A DNA stretch of 64,000 nucleotides from Microthyrium microscopicum (GCA_010405405.1 MU004236.1:508576-572575); one strand, 5' to 3'; positions 49,602-62,973 are shown, numbered from the stretch's first letter. The notes: generated by a model from the letters alone, not told the origin. Numbers and translations are program-made.

Positions 49602-51400
49602 ATGCTAGGCCCTACTTCTATTAATTTAGAGTTCTATTAGGATAAGATTAAAAATCTTATTATAGGATAGTTTTTTACTTATCTAAAAGTTATATATTAG
49701 CTAAAAGAAAACTATAATATTAACGTTACGCTAAGTATACTACGTTAGAGAATTAAGCAATAGAAGATCTAACGCCTTATAGCTTCTTTATTAGAGCGCT
49801 ATAAAAAGCTTAAGGAAATAATAAAATTCTTATTCTATAACAAGAATAGTAATAAAGATAAAATGCTCTATACTCTTTAAACTATAGAATATCTAATAAC
49901 TATGCGAACTCTCTAGCGTTATTAGTAAAAGCTTAGTCTTAAACGCTACTACAAGTTTATATTAGATAAAAATTTTATAATAGCTTACTACTAAGATAAA
50001 GCAATAGTTCTAGCTAAGCTTTATAGAGCTTATTTATTAGTATCATTATATGGCTATTAAGCTCTAGCTACTAGACTTTATAAATATAGATACCTAATTC
50101 TAGAGGCCTAGATTAATTAAATTTAATAAGATTTAGATTTTGTTAATATATAAGCTTACTAAAGATAAAAATATTAAAAACGTAGCAAATATAGAACTAA
50201 AGGCCTAAACTATATCTAGTTAATTAATAGGTATAATAAACTTAAAAAAGTAGGAATTAAAATTTATAGCTATATTAACGCCTACTTACGAAATATAATC
50301 TAGTATTATGTTAGTATATTAAATACTATAAGTATAAGTTATTTATATTAGTACTTAGATTAGTTAACTATTAATCTTATAATCCCTTAGTTTATTCGCT
50401 TAGATTAAGGAAGTAAAACTATAATACTTACTAATACTTATTATAAGTTTATAAAGGCTCTAGAGCATAGAATTTCTTTCTTAGATTATTATCTATATAG
50501 GACTAGTATTATAAATTAGAGGATTAAGCGCTAGTAGAGAAGCCTTAGCAAATTAGCATTAACTAAATAATAAGTAAATTATATAACTACGTATACTTAA
50601 GAGTTAGTACTAATATAATAACCTACTAGATATTTTTTAATAGGCTAGTTAATAAGGGTTCTTATTTAAAAGATAAACTTAAGGACTAAATTATAATATT
50701 AGCTATTTACCTTCTTATCCTATAGCGCGTAGTAGAGGAATTTATTAATAACTAGAATAACTATAAAATTATTAACGACAAGAAAAAGTAACTATACGTA
50801 GTAAATAGTAAACCTTAGCATTTATATATCTTTCCCTAAAGAGCGTAAAATATAGGCCTAGTTACTAATCTAGTAGTACTTTAGGCTAAGAAAGTAGTAG
50901 TAGGAAACTAGGATAAGGACACTTTTTTACTACCTAATATACTTTAATAGTATAACGAAAAGCTAGATGTAATAAAATTTAATCCTAATAGTAACTCCTT
51001 TAAAATAGAAGAAGATTAGCATAACCTAACAAACCTATATCTTAATTACTATCTTTGCTTATAAGGAGTAATTAGTCACTATATAGCATTAGGTAATACC
51101 CTAATTCTAGCTACTCTTAAAAATCCTTAGGGCAGTAAAGCTTAGATTAGAGATTACCTAAACTACTCTATAGTTTAAGAGATATAGAGGGCTATAAATA
51201 AAGATAATAGAGATAGTAATATTATAAAGTTCTAGGCTACTATAAAACGTACAGGACTTAGCTATCTTAATAATAATCAATTAGGAGATAATTTTAATAT
51301 TAATTTAGCTAAAGAAGAGGAAATTTAAGCTAGTAATATAGAGAGTAAGGGTAATATAGAAGAGGAGCTTTAGTTTATATTTAGGCGTTTTAATTAATAA
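49602..51400 (+). pseudogene. RIP-mutated transposase: Clr5-like N-terminus + IS3/IS481-type integrase core; end approximate
   Basis: One frame from ATG 49602. At 50202 it reads GLNYI*LINRYNKL...GIKIYSYINAYLR...P*FIRLD*GSKT...YRTSIIN*RIKR**. Reversing C>T/G>A changes gives GPNYIWSIDGHDKL...GIEIYGCIDAYSR...PQFIRSDRGSET...YGTS..NQRIERWW, followed by F..NWNNHKI...GKPW.LY. Confidence 0.85.
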
Positions 51401-51493
51401 TAATAATTTATAACGATTTTATACACTTTAATCACTTTTTAAAACCTTACTATACTAGTAAAGCTTAACACTATAAGGCATATTATTAGATAA

Positions 51494-53534
51494 ATAGCAT
51501 ATTCTCTTTATATTAAGAAGTTAAAGATTTCTAAGTCTCTTAAGTCTTTTAAATCTCTTAAATCTCTTAAGTCTCTTAAAAAGGACAATATAAACGTTAC
51601 TTAAATTTTTAGTTTCTTTCTTTATTCTTAATAGCATTAATAATAGAGTAAGGGCCTATAGTAGCATTAGGCTTAGTACTCTTAAGTACTTATCCCATTA
51701 TTATAAATAGCGTATAAATTAATTACAATTAGGTAACTAAAATATAATACCTAAAGTACTAGGTGCTTATAGGCATATCTCCTAAAAGAGTTATTCTTAT
51801 GCCTTTAGTTATATTTACTAATTTATAAGAGCCTAGGTAAAGATAAATAAAAGATAACCTAAGGCCTTATACATTATCACTACTAACACTATATATAATT
51901 AAAAACCTAGATAATGTAATTAAGGTTTCTAACTCTAAAACGCTACTATAATTATAGTAATATATTAAATAAGAGCTTCTCCTTATTAAGATAGAGGAAT
52001 ATAATAATATCCTATTACAAAATCTAAGTAATAGAAGAACTCTAAATAATTTTGTTAAAGCGCAATATAGTTAGAGAAGCTACTAGAACTATGTAGGATA
52101 TAGATTAATAAATGCTATAGCAAAGCTAGATTCTATCGTATAGAAGATTTAATAAGGCGTATTAGCAATTCCTAAAAAAAAAGGTATAAGATTTTATTAA
52201 GATATAAGTATAAAAACTTACCCTAGTTTAGTTCCTAAAACAACCTTAGTATAAATAGAATAGAAAGTAGAGATCTATTCTTATATTATTAACTATAAGA
52301 CGTAGGGTAACTATATACAATTTAACTTTATTAAAGAATATTATAAGTAGCCTAGTCATTAGGGTAGCTTATACTAACGTATATAATAGCTTTAGTAAAT
52401 ATAGACCTTTTTTAGAGTAACGTTAAGAGTATTTAGGACTTTATTTATAAATACCTAGCTCCTTATTTAGACGACATAGTACTTATTAACTATAACAAAG
52501 TCTTTACTCATAGTAGGGGCATTTAAAACGTTAAACTTACTAGCAAAATTAAACTAGGCAAAGAACTTATAGGTTACGTATTCTTAAAGAACAAGAAGGG
52601 TAAGGCTTTAGGCCTTCCTCTAAAGCAAGGAGAGCCTCCTAAGATTAGCCTTATTAGTAGAATATATAATATCATTAAGCTAGCTAGCATTACTATAGGT
52701 AAGTTTATTAAAAGAGCTACCTTTAATATTAATAAGGAGGGTTAACTACAAATTTACCTAATTATATATAAGTATTAGGAGATTATTCTAGACTCTAATT
52801 CTAATGCGTCTATCTTATTAGCGCCTACTTTAAAGACCTTAAAGGTACCTACCCTAAAGACCCTAAAGGCACGCTAGTAGTTACCCTTAGAATAAACCCC
52901 TTTAAGACTTAGGTTAGGTAAAGCTATTAAAGCTAATCTAGGTGCTTAGATAAAGCTTAAGAAAGTTAAGCTTAATATAGACGTCCTTAAGAAGATAAAA
53001 GCTACTATACTAGAAGCTAAGCAAATTATAAAGGATCTATAAATAGCAAAGAATCTAGCAGAGGACAAAAGTAGATAAGGCCCTAAGTCTACTATAAATA
53101 ATAAGAATAATAGCCCTAGTAATAAGAAAAAAGCTATAGCTAGTAGTAAAGATAACAATTCTAATACCTTATTGCTATTACTAAAGACATTATTTTAGTA
53201 ACTAAGAGAGAAGAAAGCTACTAAAGAAGAGAAGGAAGCCACCGCTACTAAGCAAGAGAAGAAAACTACTAAACAAGATATACAGAAGTAGGCCACATTC
53301 TAGGTTAAGCTATTAGAGGACGATATATCTACTTACGCTTCTTAATCTCATAAGGTAGTACTTACTCTAGCGGACGAATAAGTAGCTATAGCTATTAAAG
53401 TAAATATTCTTAAGGTAGCTAAGGCTAACGTAGCAGTAAAGAAGCATAAGGGGCGTAAAGAAAAGGGTGCAAGATATAGACGTAGAGATAAGAAGTAAGG
53501 TAGCGCTACTTAGTTACGTTAAAAGGCTATTTAG
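51494..53534 (+). pseudogene. RIP-mutated cargo gene (ORF2) of unknown function, two introns; ends approximate
   Basis: Continuous frame interrupted only by TAA/TAG. GT..TACTAAC..AG introns at 51837-51910 and 52307-52389 keep the frame. Lys/Glu/Ala-rich C-terminal half. Confidence 0.6.
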
Positions 53535-53599
53535 ATATCTCTACTTATTTAATACTTATTATAGTTTTATTATACTTATTCTACTCTTTTCCTTACTAA

Positions 53600-56500
53600 T
53601 TCCTAAATAATTAAGATAGTATTAACTTACTAATAATTACTTAGTAAATACTTTCTTTATAAACTTAGTAGGAGTTCTATATATAATAGATATAATGCTA
53701 TCTTAATTTAGTAAAGAGGCTAGTAAAACCTATAACTACTACTAGCCTATTATTTCTAACTCTATTACTAGAGTCACTAACCTAGAAAGGATATATTAAA
53801 TGCTTAGCTAAAAAGTAAAGAGTAAGCATAGGGAACTTACTAGAGTTCCCTCCTAGTAGTAACGCTATAACTAGGATTAAGCTATATTTAGTAAGTAGAT
53901 CCTACGCTAGGCTTACTAAACTATAAGCTACTTATAACTTAACTAGACTTTAATAAACTCTAGTTTCTTAAAATTATTTTTTAAAGTTAACTAAGCAATC
54001 TTTTATTAAGCCTTAAGTATTACGCCCTTTATACATAGACCTTAAACTTAAATAGGACTAAATCTTAGGAAGGGCTAATACCCTTCCTAAAATAGGACTA
54101 ACTAATTTAATAATATGTCTTTATATAGGTACTATGCGTATGCTATAAAAGAATAAGTAACTAGCTTATTAAACTATTGTGCTCCTTCTTTATTCTACTA
54201 AACTAATGCCCTTATAATACTTAAGTAGTTTATTAACTTATAGGTTAAACCTAAATAAACGTTAGTAAGCATAATAATTAATATAATTTATTAAGTAGAA
54301 GTTACAAAACGTAATATGAAAAACTACTATATAAAGATAAAATAGTTAAGAAACAAGCTTAAGGAATTTACATAATATTGCTATAAATATCACTAAAACT
54401 AGAACTACTAACTAAAAATTAAATTAATTAAAAGTAGTACTAAACTATAAATTTAAAGGCTAAGGAAGTTATTAGTTAAGTATTAATATATTCCTATAAA
54501 AAATTAGTTATATTTCTATCTAATACTATTAGCTACTTACTAAGATATATAATAATAGTTATTAAGCTTTAACTTTAATTCTAATAGACTTTCTTAGGCT
54601 ACTAGTCTATAAAGGAGTCATAGTCTCGTTTAAGGTAGATATGATGTTAGTTAATAGGAAATAACTTAAAGAAGGTTAATAAAGTTAATTATTAGGCCGC
54701 TAGGTACTTAAAGGTAAGGGTAGTAGGCTCTTTAATATCTAGACTATATCCTTTTAAGATTCTCTAATTAGGAGTAACTCTGTTTTTTTCTTTATACGTA
54801 ATATAGTTATCTATATCCTTATTATTAAATTTATAATAGCGCTCTAACTACCTCTTACTATTATACTCATAAAGAGGATAGCCTTTATTAAAGTTAACCT
54901 CCTAAACTAATTGCTTATTCTCTCCTTATTCTATCTTTACTCTATTTATCTCTTTTAAAGCTCTTAAAGATATATTAATTTTTTTAGCATTATTTAAAAT
55001 GCAAACGGGCTAGTAGTACTCTCTCTGTTTAGTACTATCTATCTAAATAAAGCTTACCTTAGCCTTACTTATGCTTTTAAGAATTCTTTTTACTTACCTG
55101 CATAATCTCTATAGTCTACCTTAAAAGCGTATTAATAATATTAATACGCCCTCACCTTCTAGAAGATTTAAGTTACTAAACTTAACTAATAAGCCTATTA
55201 TATTACTATTACGATCTATATATATCTTTATCTCCTCTACTTTTGAACGTGCCCTAAAAATATCTAACTTCTCTTTACTATCTATATAGCGCTAAAGGTC
55301 CTTATAGAAGGGCTCTAGGTAAGATTCTTTAATTTAATATTATATTATATTAATTTATATCTAGTTATTAGTATTAAGAACTTAATTAAATCTATAACCC
55401 TTAGAGTAAATATTATCAAAATAATATATAAAACGAAATAAAGCTTATAAATCCTTAGCTACCTCTTAGTAAACTAAGAAAGCAGCTAGAAACATATAAG
55501 CTTTATTTATTTTAAGGACTTTTTAGCTAAATACTTCTATATTAGAATGTCTTATAAAGTAGTAACTTTAACTATAGAGTAAGATCTAGAGAAAGTTATA
55601 CCTATATTAACTTATAATTTTAATCTACCCTCTATCCTAGATAATATACTACTAAAAAGTATGCTATATTAAAAAAGGGTTAAATTTAACTTATATATAT
55701 TATCCTTAGTATTTTTAAGTCTTTATCTTTTAATATTAGACCTTAATTGCCCCCTAGGTAAACTAAGAAAATAATTAGGGTCTAATATAGCTTTAGAGGA
55801 GCTAATACCTACCTAAATTAGGATTTTTATTAATCTAATATTAAGTTAGCATTCTTTTTAATAGTAGAAGAAAGTAGATAAATTCTTATCTATTAGTTAT
55901 CTTGTCACTAATATATATTTCTTCTACGTAAAGTACTACTTTAATTAATAATATAGTAGGTAGGGATCTAGTACTTTATTAGTATATATATAATAAAGTC
56001 CTTAGTAGAGACATACTATTACGTTAGATATAACTATCTTTCTAAAAAGAAGCACTACTAGCTATACTCTAATTAATATTTATGACATATACCTAAGTTT
56101 ATAATTAGCTTTAACCTATTAATATAATATTATCCCTATAGATAGAAGACTTCCTAAAAAGATAAAAGAACTAAATATATAATAAGTACTTAGGGCAGGC
56201 GAAGTAGTGTACTTACTTTGCTATCTTAGGCGTAGTAATAATAAGTAAAAGTAAATATATTAAAAAATAACTACTAAAATAAATAGGGATACTAAAAGCG
56301 ATCCTTACTATCTTAAAGTAGATTAGTAGACAAATAGAGTAAACTTAGGACTTACCTAAAGCGTACGTTATAGGCTTAAATCTAGCAAAGGATAGCCTAT
56401 AATACGCTTTTTGTATTTTTGTTTCTATTAGTTATAATATATAAAATATAAGTCTACTGTTCTATACTCCTAGATATTCTAAATAAACCCTTAGTTTGTT

Positions 56501-57300
56501 CTTAAAGTCATTAATTATTACTAGGTAACGAGGTAGATAGATACATAAGCCTTATAAGTTAAAAGTTTAACTACTTAGATTTTATAATATCCCTTTATAA
56601 ATAAGCATAATAACTAGTTAGTAACTACTATAGCTAGTAATATATTTTTAGATATTAGCTAACTCTAAGCTACTCTTTTACTACTTAATCGTCTAGCATT
56701 TAGATATATACTATAGTTACTACTTCTACCTACTAGGAACTAGCACTTTTTAACTTAAGGAGAACGTTACTTAAATAAAGATGTTTAGAAGTAGTTAACT
56801 AGCCTACCTTTATATATTAACAAACTAATAATAATATTTATTAATATTTATTTACATTATCTAGTATGTATTAATAGAAAGTATATCCCTACCTTTCTCA
56901 TAATATACTACTAATTATATACTAAGTAATAAAGTTTCTCTATTTTTTTAGAAGCTTCTATATCTACGTTCTTTTAATAATAATATTTATTACTTTAGAT
57001 TAATAATATGTACTAAGATTTCTATCTAAGGAAAAATTAGGTATATCTAAAGTATAACTACTAGCTAATAAATAATATAGTTAAATTACCTTAATAAGGC
57101 TACCTAGAGTCCTTACCTAATAAACTTAACCTTCCTAGAAAAGATATATACTTTATACTAAAGTAAAGAGTATAACCTCTATTATGCGTTAGGGCTAACG
57201 TATTAGATATACCTATTAATATTAGATTAAGGTAGGATTACTTTTTATAAATAGGAATACTCTTAGTAAAATTAAGAGCCTATAGTTTATATAGGTTAAT
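53600..57300 (-). pseudogene. RIP-mutated multi-intron cargo gene relic(s), unknown product; limits approximate
   Basis: Minus-strand GTAAGT donors at ~56355 and ~56216 with downstream acceptors. Frames such as LEPFYKDL*RYIDSKEKLDIFRARSKVEEIK (~55320-55230) contain only RIP-type stops. Confidence 0.4.
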
Positions 57301-58561
57301 AATTCTATAACCTACTTATACTATTTATATTATTCTTAATATAGTGCTTATGCTTCCTAAGGATATAGGATAGCGTATAGAATTATCTCTATATATAATA
57401 ATAATAAGGCTATAATAATATTAGAAAGTTTTTAGAGAGCCTAGTTTAAATAAAAATTATAGTAGAAAATTATAGTAGTTAGCTTTAGTTTTTAGGCTTT
57501 ACCTTCCTCCTAATTGCTAACTTACTAGTATTTAGTTTAGATAGTATTTAAATAATATGCTAGTTTTTAACTAACTTTCCCCTATATTATAAAATATAAG
57601 CTCCTCTAATATATAGAATGACCTAATTGCTATACCCTAGACTAGAGTATAATTACTACGTAAGTATAATAGATTATATAGAACTATAGCCTTAGGAGAG
57701 CATTGTTAGTAAAATAGATGAAGGAAAAATAAGATTAGACTTAAAAGGTATACTAGAATTACTTTATTATAACTAGTAAGCCTATCTATAAGATAAAATC
57801 TCTAAATAAGGAGGTAATTAGTCGTTATTAATAAGCCTACTATAGATAGTAGTCTACGATAGGCTATAACTAACAAAGGGTAATAATATTATTTATATCT
57901 TATATATAGTGTCTCTAGGTAGTAAGTAGTTATAGCATTTAGTATAACTAAAATACTAATTAATTAATAGTTAAAAACTACCTACATCGCTATAGATTAA
58001 CTTAGCGTAATATAATATATTAACATAGAATGTATTAACGTTAAAGACGTTAAGACTTTTTTTTAAAAGAAAAAAATTAACATAAAAAATACCTTACTAT
58101 TTTGATCTTCTCTAGAAAGCGTATTAGAGAAAGGTAACTAACAAAGTATAATAAGATATCTCTAACAATAAATGCTAAAGCATAAATAGTTATAAAGATC
58201 ATTATAATATCATCACCTTAAAAGGATCTTAACATTAATTAAAATCTACTAAGATGTTTCTATAGCAATTTTACTAAGTATTAGTATAAATATACTACTT
58301 AACAAGCTTTATTATAGAAAGCTCTGCTTACCTAAGTAATACATAGTATTAAATAATACTACTTAGTAATGGAAAGGCTTTATAGCTATCCTAGCTAGTT
58401 AATACTTATATATCTAGAAAACTAGACTAGGTTATAAAGATAGGTTAAACTAGTAATCTCTACTAGTTTTGGCTACCTTAAAGCTAAGTAATTATTAAAT
58501 AATACTTTAAAAAGTAACTATAAGTTATTCTTTTTATTTTACTAAAATGAATATATATAAC

Positions 58562-58672
58562 AAGTAAAACAATATCTTAATCCCTTAATAATATCTTAAT
58601 CCCTTATGTAGTAAGTAAAATAATATCTTAATCCCTTATATAATAAGTAAAATAATATCTTAATCCCTTATA
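58562..58672. repeat. Minisatellite, core AATATCTTAATCCCTTA x4 (period ~32 bp, one short unit)
   Basis: Core read at 58571, 58590, 58622 and 58654. Confidence 0.85.
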
Positions 58673-61600
58673 CAAGGCATCTCCCTATGAAGGGTAGATA
58701 CCTTAACGTATTCTAATAGGTCGTCCATAGAGCGCGCACTATAAGCAAAATACTAAGTATTTTACTATAAGGTATCTTACTATACGTATTCTCTTAAGTA
58801 GTCTTTAGGGAGGAATAGCATAGTAAGCTTTATAATTAATTTTACGCGTATAGAAGCATACTATACTAGAGAGTATAGGATTAAGAGTAGAAAGAGCCTT
58901 TTAGCTAAGAAGGCTTACTCTATAGTAGTAAGACGTTATTCCTAAAGTAATACTTACTACTAGATTATTATAGTAAGACTACGTAGGTATAAAACTACTA
59001 TGTAGTATAAGCTTAACATTATTATAGATTTTACACAATTTTTAATATTATATATTACAATTTTATAATAATTTTACTTCTTTTTTTTCCTAAAAGAGCT
59101 AAAAATATACTTTACCTCTACTAACTTAGTTCTTAATATAGCCATAGAGGAACTTAGCAAGACTTAGGTATATATACTACTTTCTATATAAACTAGCTTA
59201 GCGCTACTTAGACATAATAGCTAGATTAGAGTTATAGTCTTCCTCTTACTTAATACTAAAAAATCTTACTTTACTAAACCTTCTTTATTATAATTCTATT
59301 GCCTAATCATGTTAATTATGCTTAATTTGACGAGGAAAGATAAACTTATATATAATTTAGCCTTATAAGATTATTATATAGTAGTGCTAACTATCTTAGC
59401 GCTAATCTTATGCTATTTCCTTACTTTTTTTACGTTTTTATAGGCATAGTGTTCTATAATAGTAGGCTAGCCCCTTAAATATTTAAGTATAGATACGTTT
59501 TATAAGATAATTAGTATTTATAAGGAATACTTACGCCTTTAGCATTAGTAGTTCTATTAATTAGTAAGCTAAATAGTATATATAATAATTTAGTACGTAA
59601 GCTAAGGGATATAGGCCTACTAAAACGTAACTTTACCTTATATAATATAAATAGAGAAGTCTAAAATACTCTATATTAATGTCTTAAAGCTTACGCAATT
59701 ATATTAAAAGCTAGAAATTACTTTTAGGGATGTAAATTAGTAGTAGAAGAGTATTAGAAGACGTTATAGCTAAAGGGATAGAAGTTTTTAGCGACTTAGA
59801 CTTACTAAAAGTTAGTGAAGTAGTTATAAGCAAAAAGGATAACGCGCTAGAATAATATTATTTAGTAAGGGATTACGTTCTTCTTACTATTAAGATATAA
59901 TACTTAACCTAAAGGGACAATATATAAAGGAATAACCTAAGAACCTACGAAAGGGACAATACCTTAAAAGAGACATCGTAGCTAAGGCTTACCTATAAGC
60001 TAATTTAGTAAGGAACTACTACTACTAAGCTTTACTAAACTTTACTATAGTTATAAATCTATAACCTTGCTTTTATCTTTCTAAGGGAGGAGCCTTATAG
60101 TGCTTACCCTAATTAAAACCCTTACGTAGTATTAGTTTATTTATTAAAGCTATTTTAGAAGAGATATTATAAGTATAGTCCTCCTAAAGAATATTCCCTT
60201 ACTAAATTTAGCAAGCTTCTTTACGAACTAATATCTTTACTTATAACATATCCTTATAACTATACTAAAATCTACATATAGCCTGCTAAACTCCTTCTAT
60301 GCAAGCTATAGTATTATATAAGGATACTACCTTACTAAATATTAGTAACCTTATTATAAACAAAGATAATTTCTACTACTAAAATATAAAAAATAATTAT
60401 TACTAAAAATACTATCTAGAGATAGCCCTAACTAAGGGTAGGGCAGAATAGGTATTAGAATTAATATTAATGGGGGGTAGCGTCGCTAATGTGGTAATGT
60501 AGTAACGTGTTTAGAAGTTTAGAAGTTTAGAAGTTTAGAAGTTCTTATCTTGAGCGGTGTTGGCGGTAATGCGCCGTCATACAAGGGCAACAAGCTCGTT
60601 CAGCCCAAGAATAAGAGGCGTAACTTTTGGGAACCCCAGCCTCCGCTTGGCCGGCGTTCGTCTCGCGAATGCAATCCACGCAACCACCTTTCCGCGCCTG
60701 GATTTTCAGCCTGGTCAAATCGGTTTCATTTCTTTGATGGGCTTGCTTTTTGCTTCGTGTCTCTGTGGCGCGTTGGAGGGCACTTGCTATAGTGTGCCTC
60801 GTGCGACATGAGGTCCGGAAAGGGTGCAGGAAAAGGGTGCAGGCAGTATTTTGGGGATGGTTGGATTTGGTTTCGAGGAGTTGGCCTGCATGAGACAGGG
60901 AGCAAGCAGACGGAAGGCAGTTTGACGTGGGACTTGCGCTTGATCGGAGGGAGGATATCTCTCCGTCTGCTAACGATTGTTACTGATTCGTGGCCTAGTG
61001 AGAATCTATCTGTAGAAGCGTTTACCGTCTGGAGGGACGAGTTTTGATAGTGTAGCCCCTGCGTCACGTTGAGCCTCATGGCTTGTTGGTTTCTATCGTG
61101 GACCTGAAATTGTGTCTTGGTCCTTGGCCGACGCCGATCGGCGGTACAAGCCTCTAAACCGCCTGGCCTAGAAAAGCATGCGGAGATGACATGTCTCGCG
61201 AGTCGCAAGGGTTCAAGATGCACTGGGCGGTGGTAATCAAATTGTTCCTAGCATGGCATGCCTGACCGGTTGTTTAGCGATGGCAGATGGGGGCTCAGCT
61301 TAATAAGAGGCGACGAGCAATAGGTTTAGATTGGGGGTGATAATTAAGATATTAAGGTTGGGAAATAAACAACAGAAACCCGATGCGCCATCCTGGGAAG
61401 GCGGAGATTCAGCTTATATGTGGACGATGTAACCATATAAAGTGTTGGTAAGAATGAACCTCAACATCGCCCACAGCGTATACAAGCAGATGCCAATAAA
61501 TATCAAAAATGATGGTAAAAATACCTTGACCTGCTTTTCCATATGCAGAGCTATTACGCGCATGGCAGCATCCAAAGCATTTATCGTATCTGATGGGAGG

Positions 61601-61859
61601 AAGAGTGCCAGGTGGAATACGCTGATCCTTTGCTATTAGGCATTTGCGGGCATGGTTCTATCAGTATTCAAGCCGGCTCTTGTCCAGCGTGCGGCACGTC
61701 TCATGTGCTCGCAGCTCGCTATATCTTGTAATGCAATTTTAGTATCAAAGCATTTAATGAGCGTTATCCTTTGAATTCAACTGAATTGAAGATCTTATGT
61801 CAGCTTTGGTCATATCTGGTAATAGCGCATTCGATGGGAAAGAGCGCATGCGCTGGGGA

Positions 61860-61954
61860 ATATAACATGCGATGGGAAATATAACATGCGATGGGAAATA
61901 TAACATGCGATGGGAGATATAACATGCGATGGGAAATATAACATGCGATGGGAG
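61860..61954. repeat. 19-bp minisatellite ATATAACATGCGATGGGAR x5
   Basis: Five near-perfect tandem units, plus two degenerate units from ~61821. Confidence 0.92.
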
Positions 61955-62973
61955 AATGGTAAGCAGCGAAGCAAGCACCCTCCCAACGCATCAGTTAGTC
62001 AGTGGAAACAACCCATGGGACAGTTCGCCAGTAAAGTGGCAAATAATGGCAGGTTTTACCAAGTCACCAATAATAATGAGCAATTGGATACTGCAGGCAT
62101 GGGCAAGGACTTGTGCTCTAGCCAGGAATGTGGTGTGGCAGGCCCAGAGATGCCGCAAGAACTCTGAGCGCGAGGTCTTGCAGCTGCTCTGCATCAAAAG
62201 TAGACGTGGATATGACAGCACTAAGCCTATAGGGTACCATAGGGGAGATTTGCCATGCATAAGCTGTCTACTACTGCTACTACTTGTAAGTACTTGGCCG
62301 TGCTGGCTAACGTGTGTGTGCTCGCTAACAGGGCCTCTGGCGTCTCTGTGCTCCCGCTCAAGCCTTGTGTCTCCCCATGCCCTGCCTAGTCCAGCCTAGT
62401 CTGCCATCTTACCGCGCATCTCCAACACCAAATCTTGGGCCTACAGGGCCTACCACGGTGCCACCACCCACCGCCAGCCTGTCTAATCATCTAATGCGCC
62501 CCTTGTCTCTGGCGGGTTAAACCGAACAGCAGCTTTGTGCCGACAAGTCCAAGAATCTTCATTTCCCCTAACCCACGCCATTCTGAGGGTAACTGAGGGC
62601 TCTGGGTCGTTTCTCCCCATCTCCTCCATTTCTCCCTCCTCCGCTCTTCTGCTTGCCTTCCCAACCAGATCCGATTCACCATCTTTGCATCACCAACCCA
62701 TCATCTGTCCATCACCACTACCCTCCTCATCCATCCCTTCCCTACTCTTAGCACTTGTTCTTGCCTTGATCTACACTTCGTTGTCTCACCTGGCTTGTTA
62801 GCTCAGGCTGCGTGCCGTTGCTCCCCCTTGGCGAGCTTCCGTGGTCGCGCCAGTATTCGAGTCCCGTCACTGCTGCTGACGGGCATCCCACAGTTCAAAG
62901 TAGCTGCTGGCTGTATCCAACTTCATCATCCCCAGTTCTGTCTCACAGTGCTGTCATCCATTAAGTTGTGTCG

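Larger units (their letters stand above)
49167..60581. mobile_element. 11.4-kb RIP-inactivated TIR DNA transposon, IS3EU-like, with cargo gene relics
   Basis: ~110-bp TIRs (49167-49278 and 60468-60581) starting TATGA and ending TCATA, with direct repeat CAAGGG at 49161-49166 and 60582-60587. The interior is extremely AT/TpA-rich, depleted of CpA/TpG, and contains a DDE transposase relic. Confidence 0.9.

Noticed and set aside
52946..53158. Hydrophobic 70-aa membrane ORF
   Set aside because: Antisense shadow of the RIP-mutated, A-rich plus-strand ORF2.
49167..60581. LTR retrotransposon, Starship or centromere/NUMT explanation for the AT-rich block
   Set aside because: The ends are inverted rather than direct repeats. 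The first gene is a DDE transposase relic, not a tyrosine recombinase. I saw no RT or mitochondrial genes, and the boundaries coincide with the TIRs and TSD.
61860..61954. CRISPR-like array
   Set aside because: The units are head-to-tail with no unique spacers, and the context is eukaryotic. It is a minisatellite.
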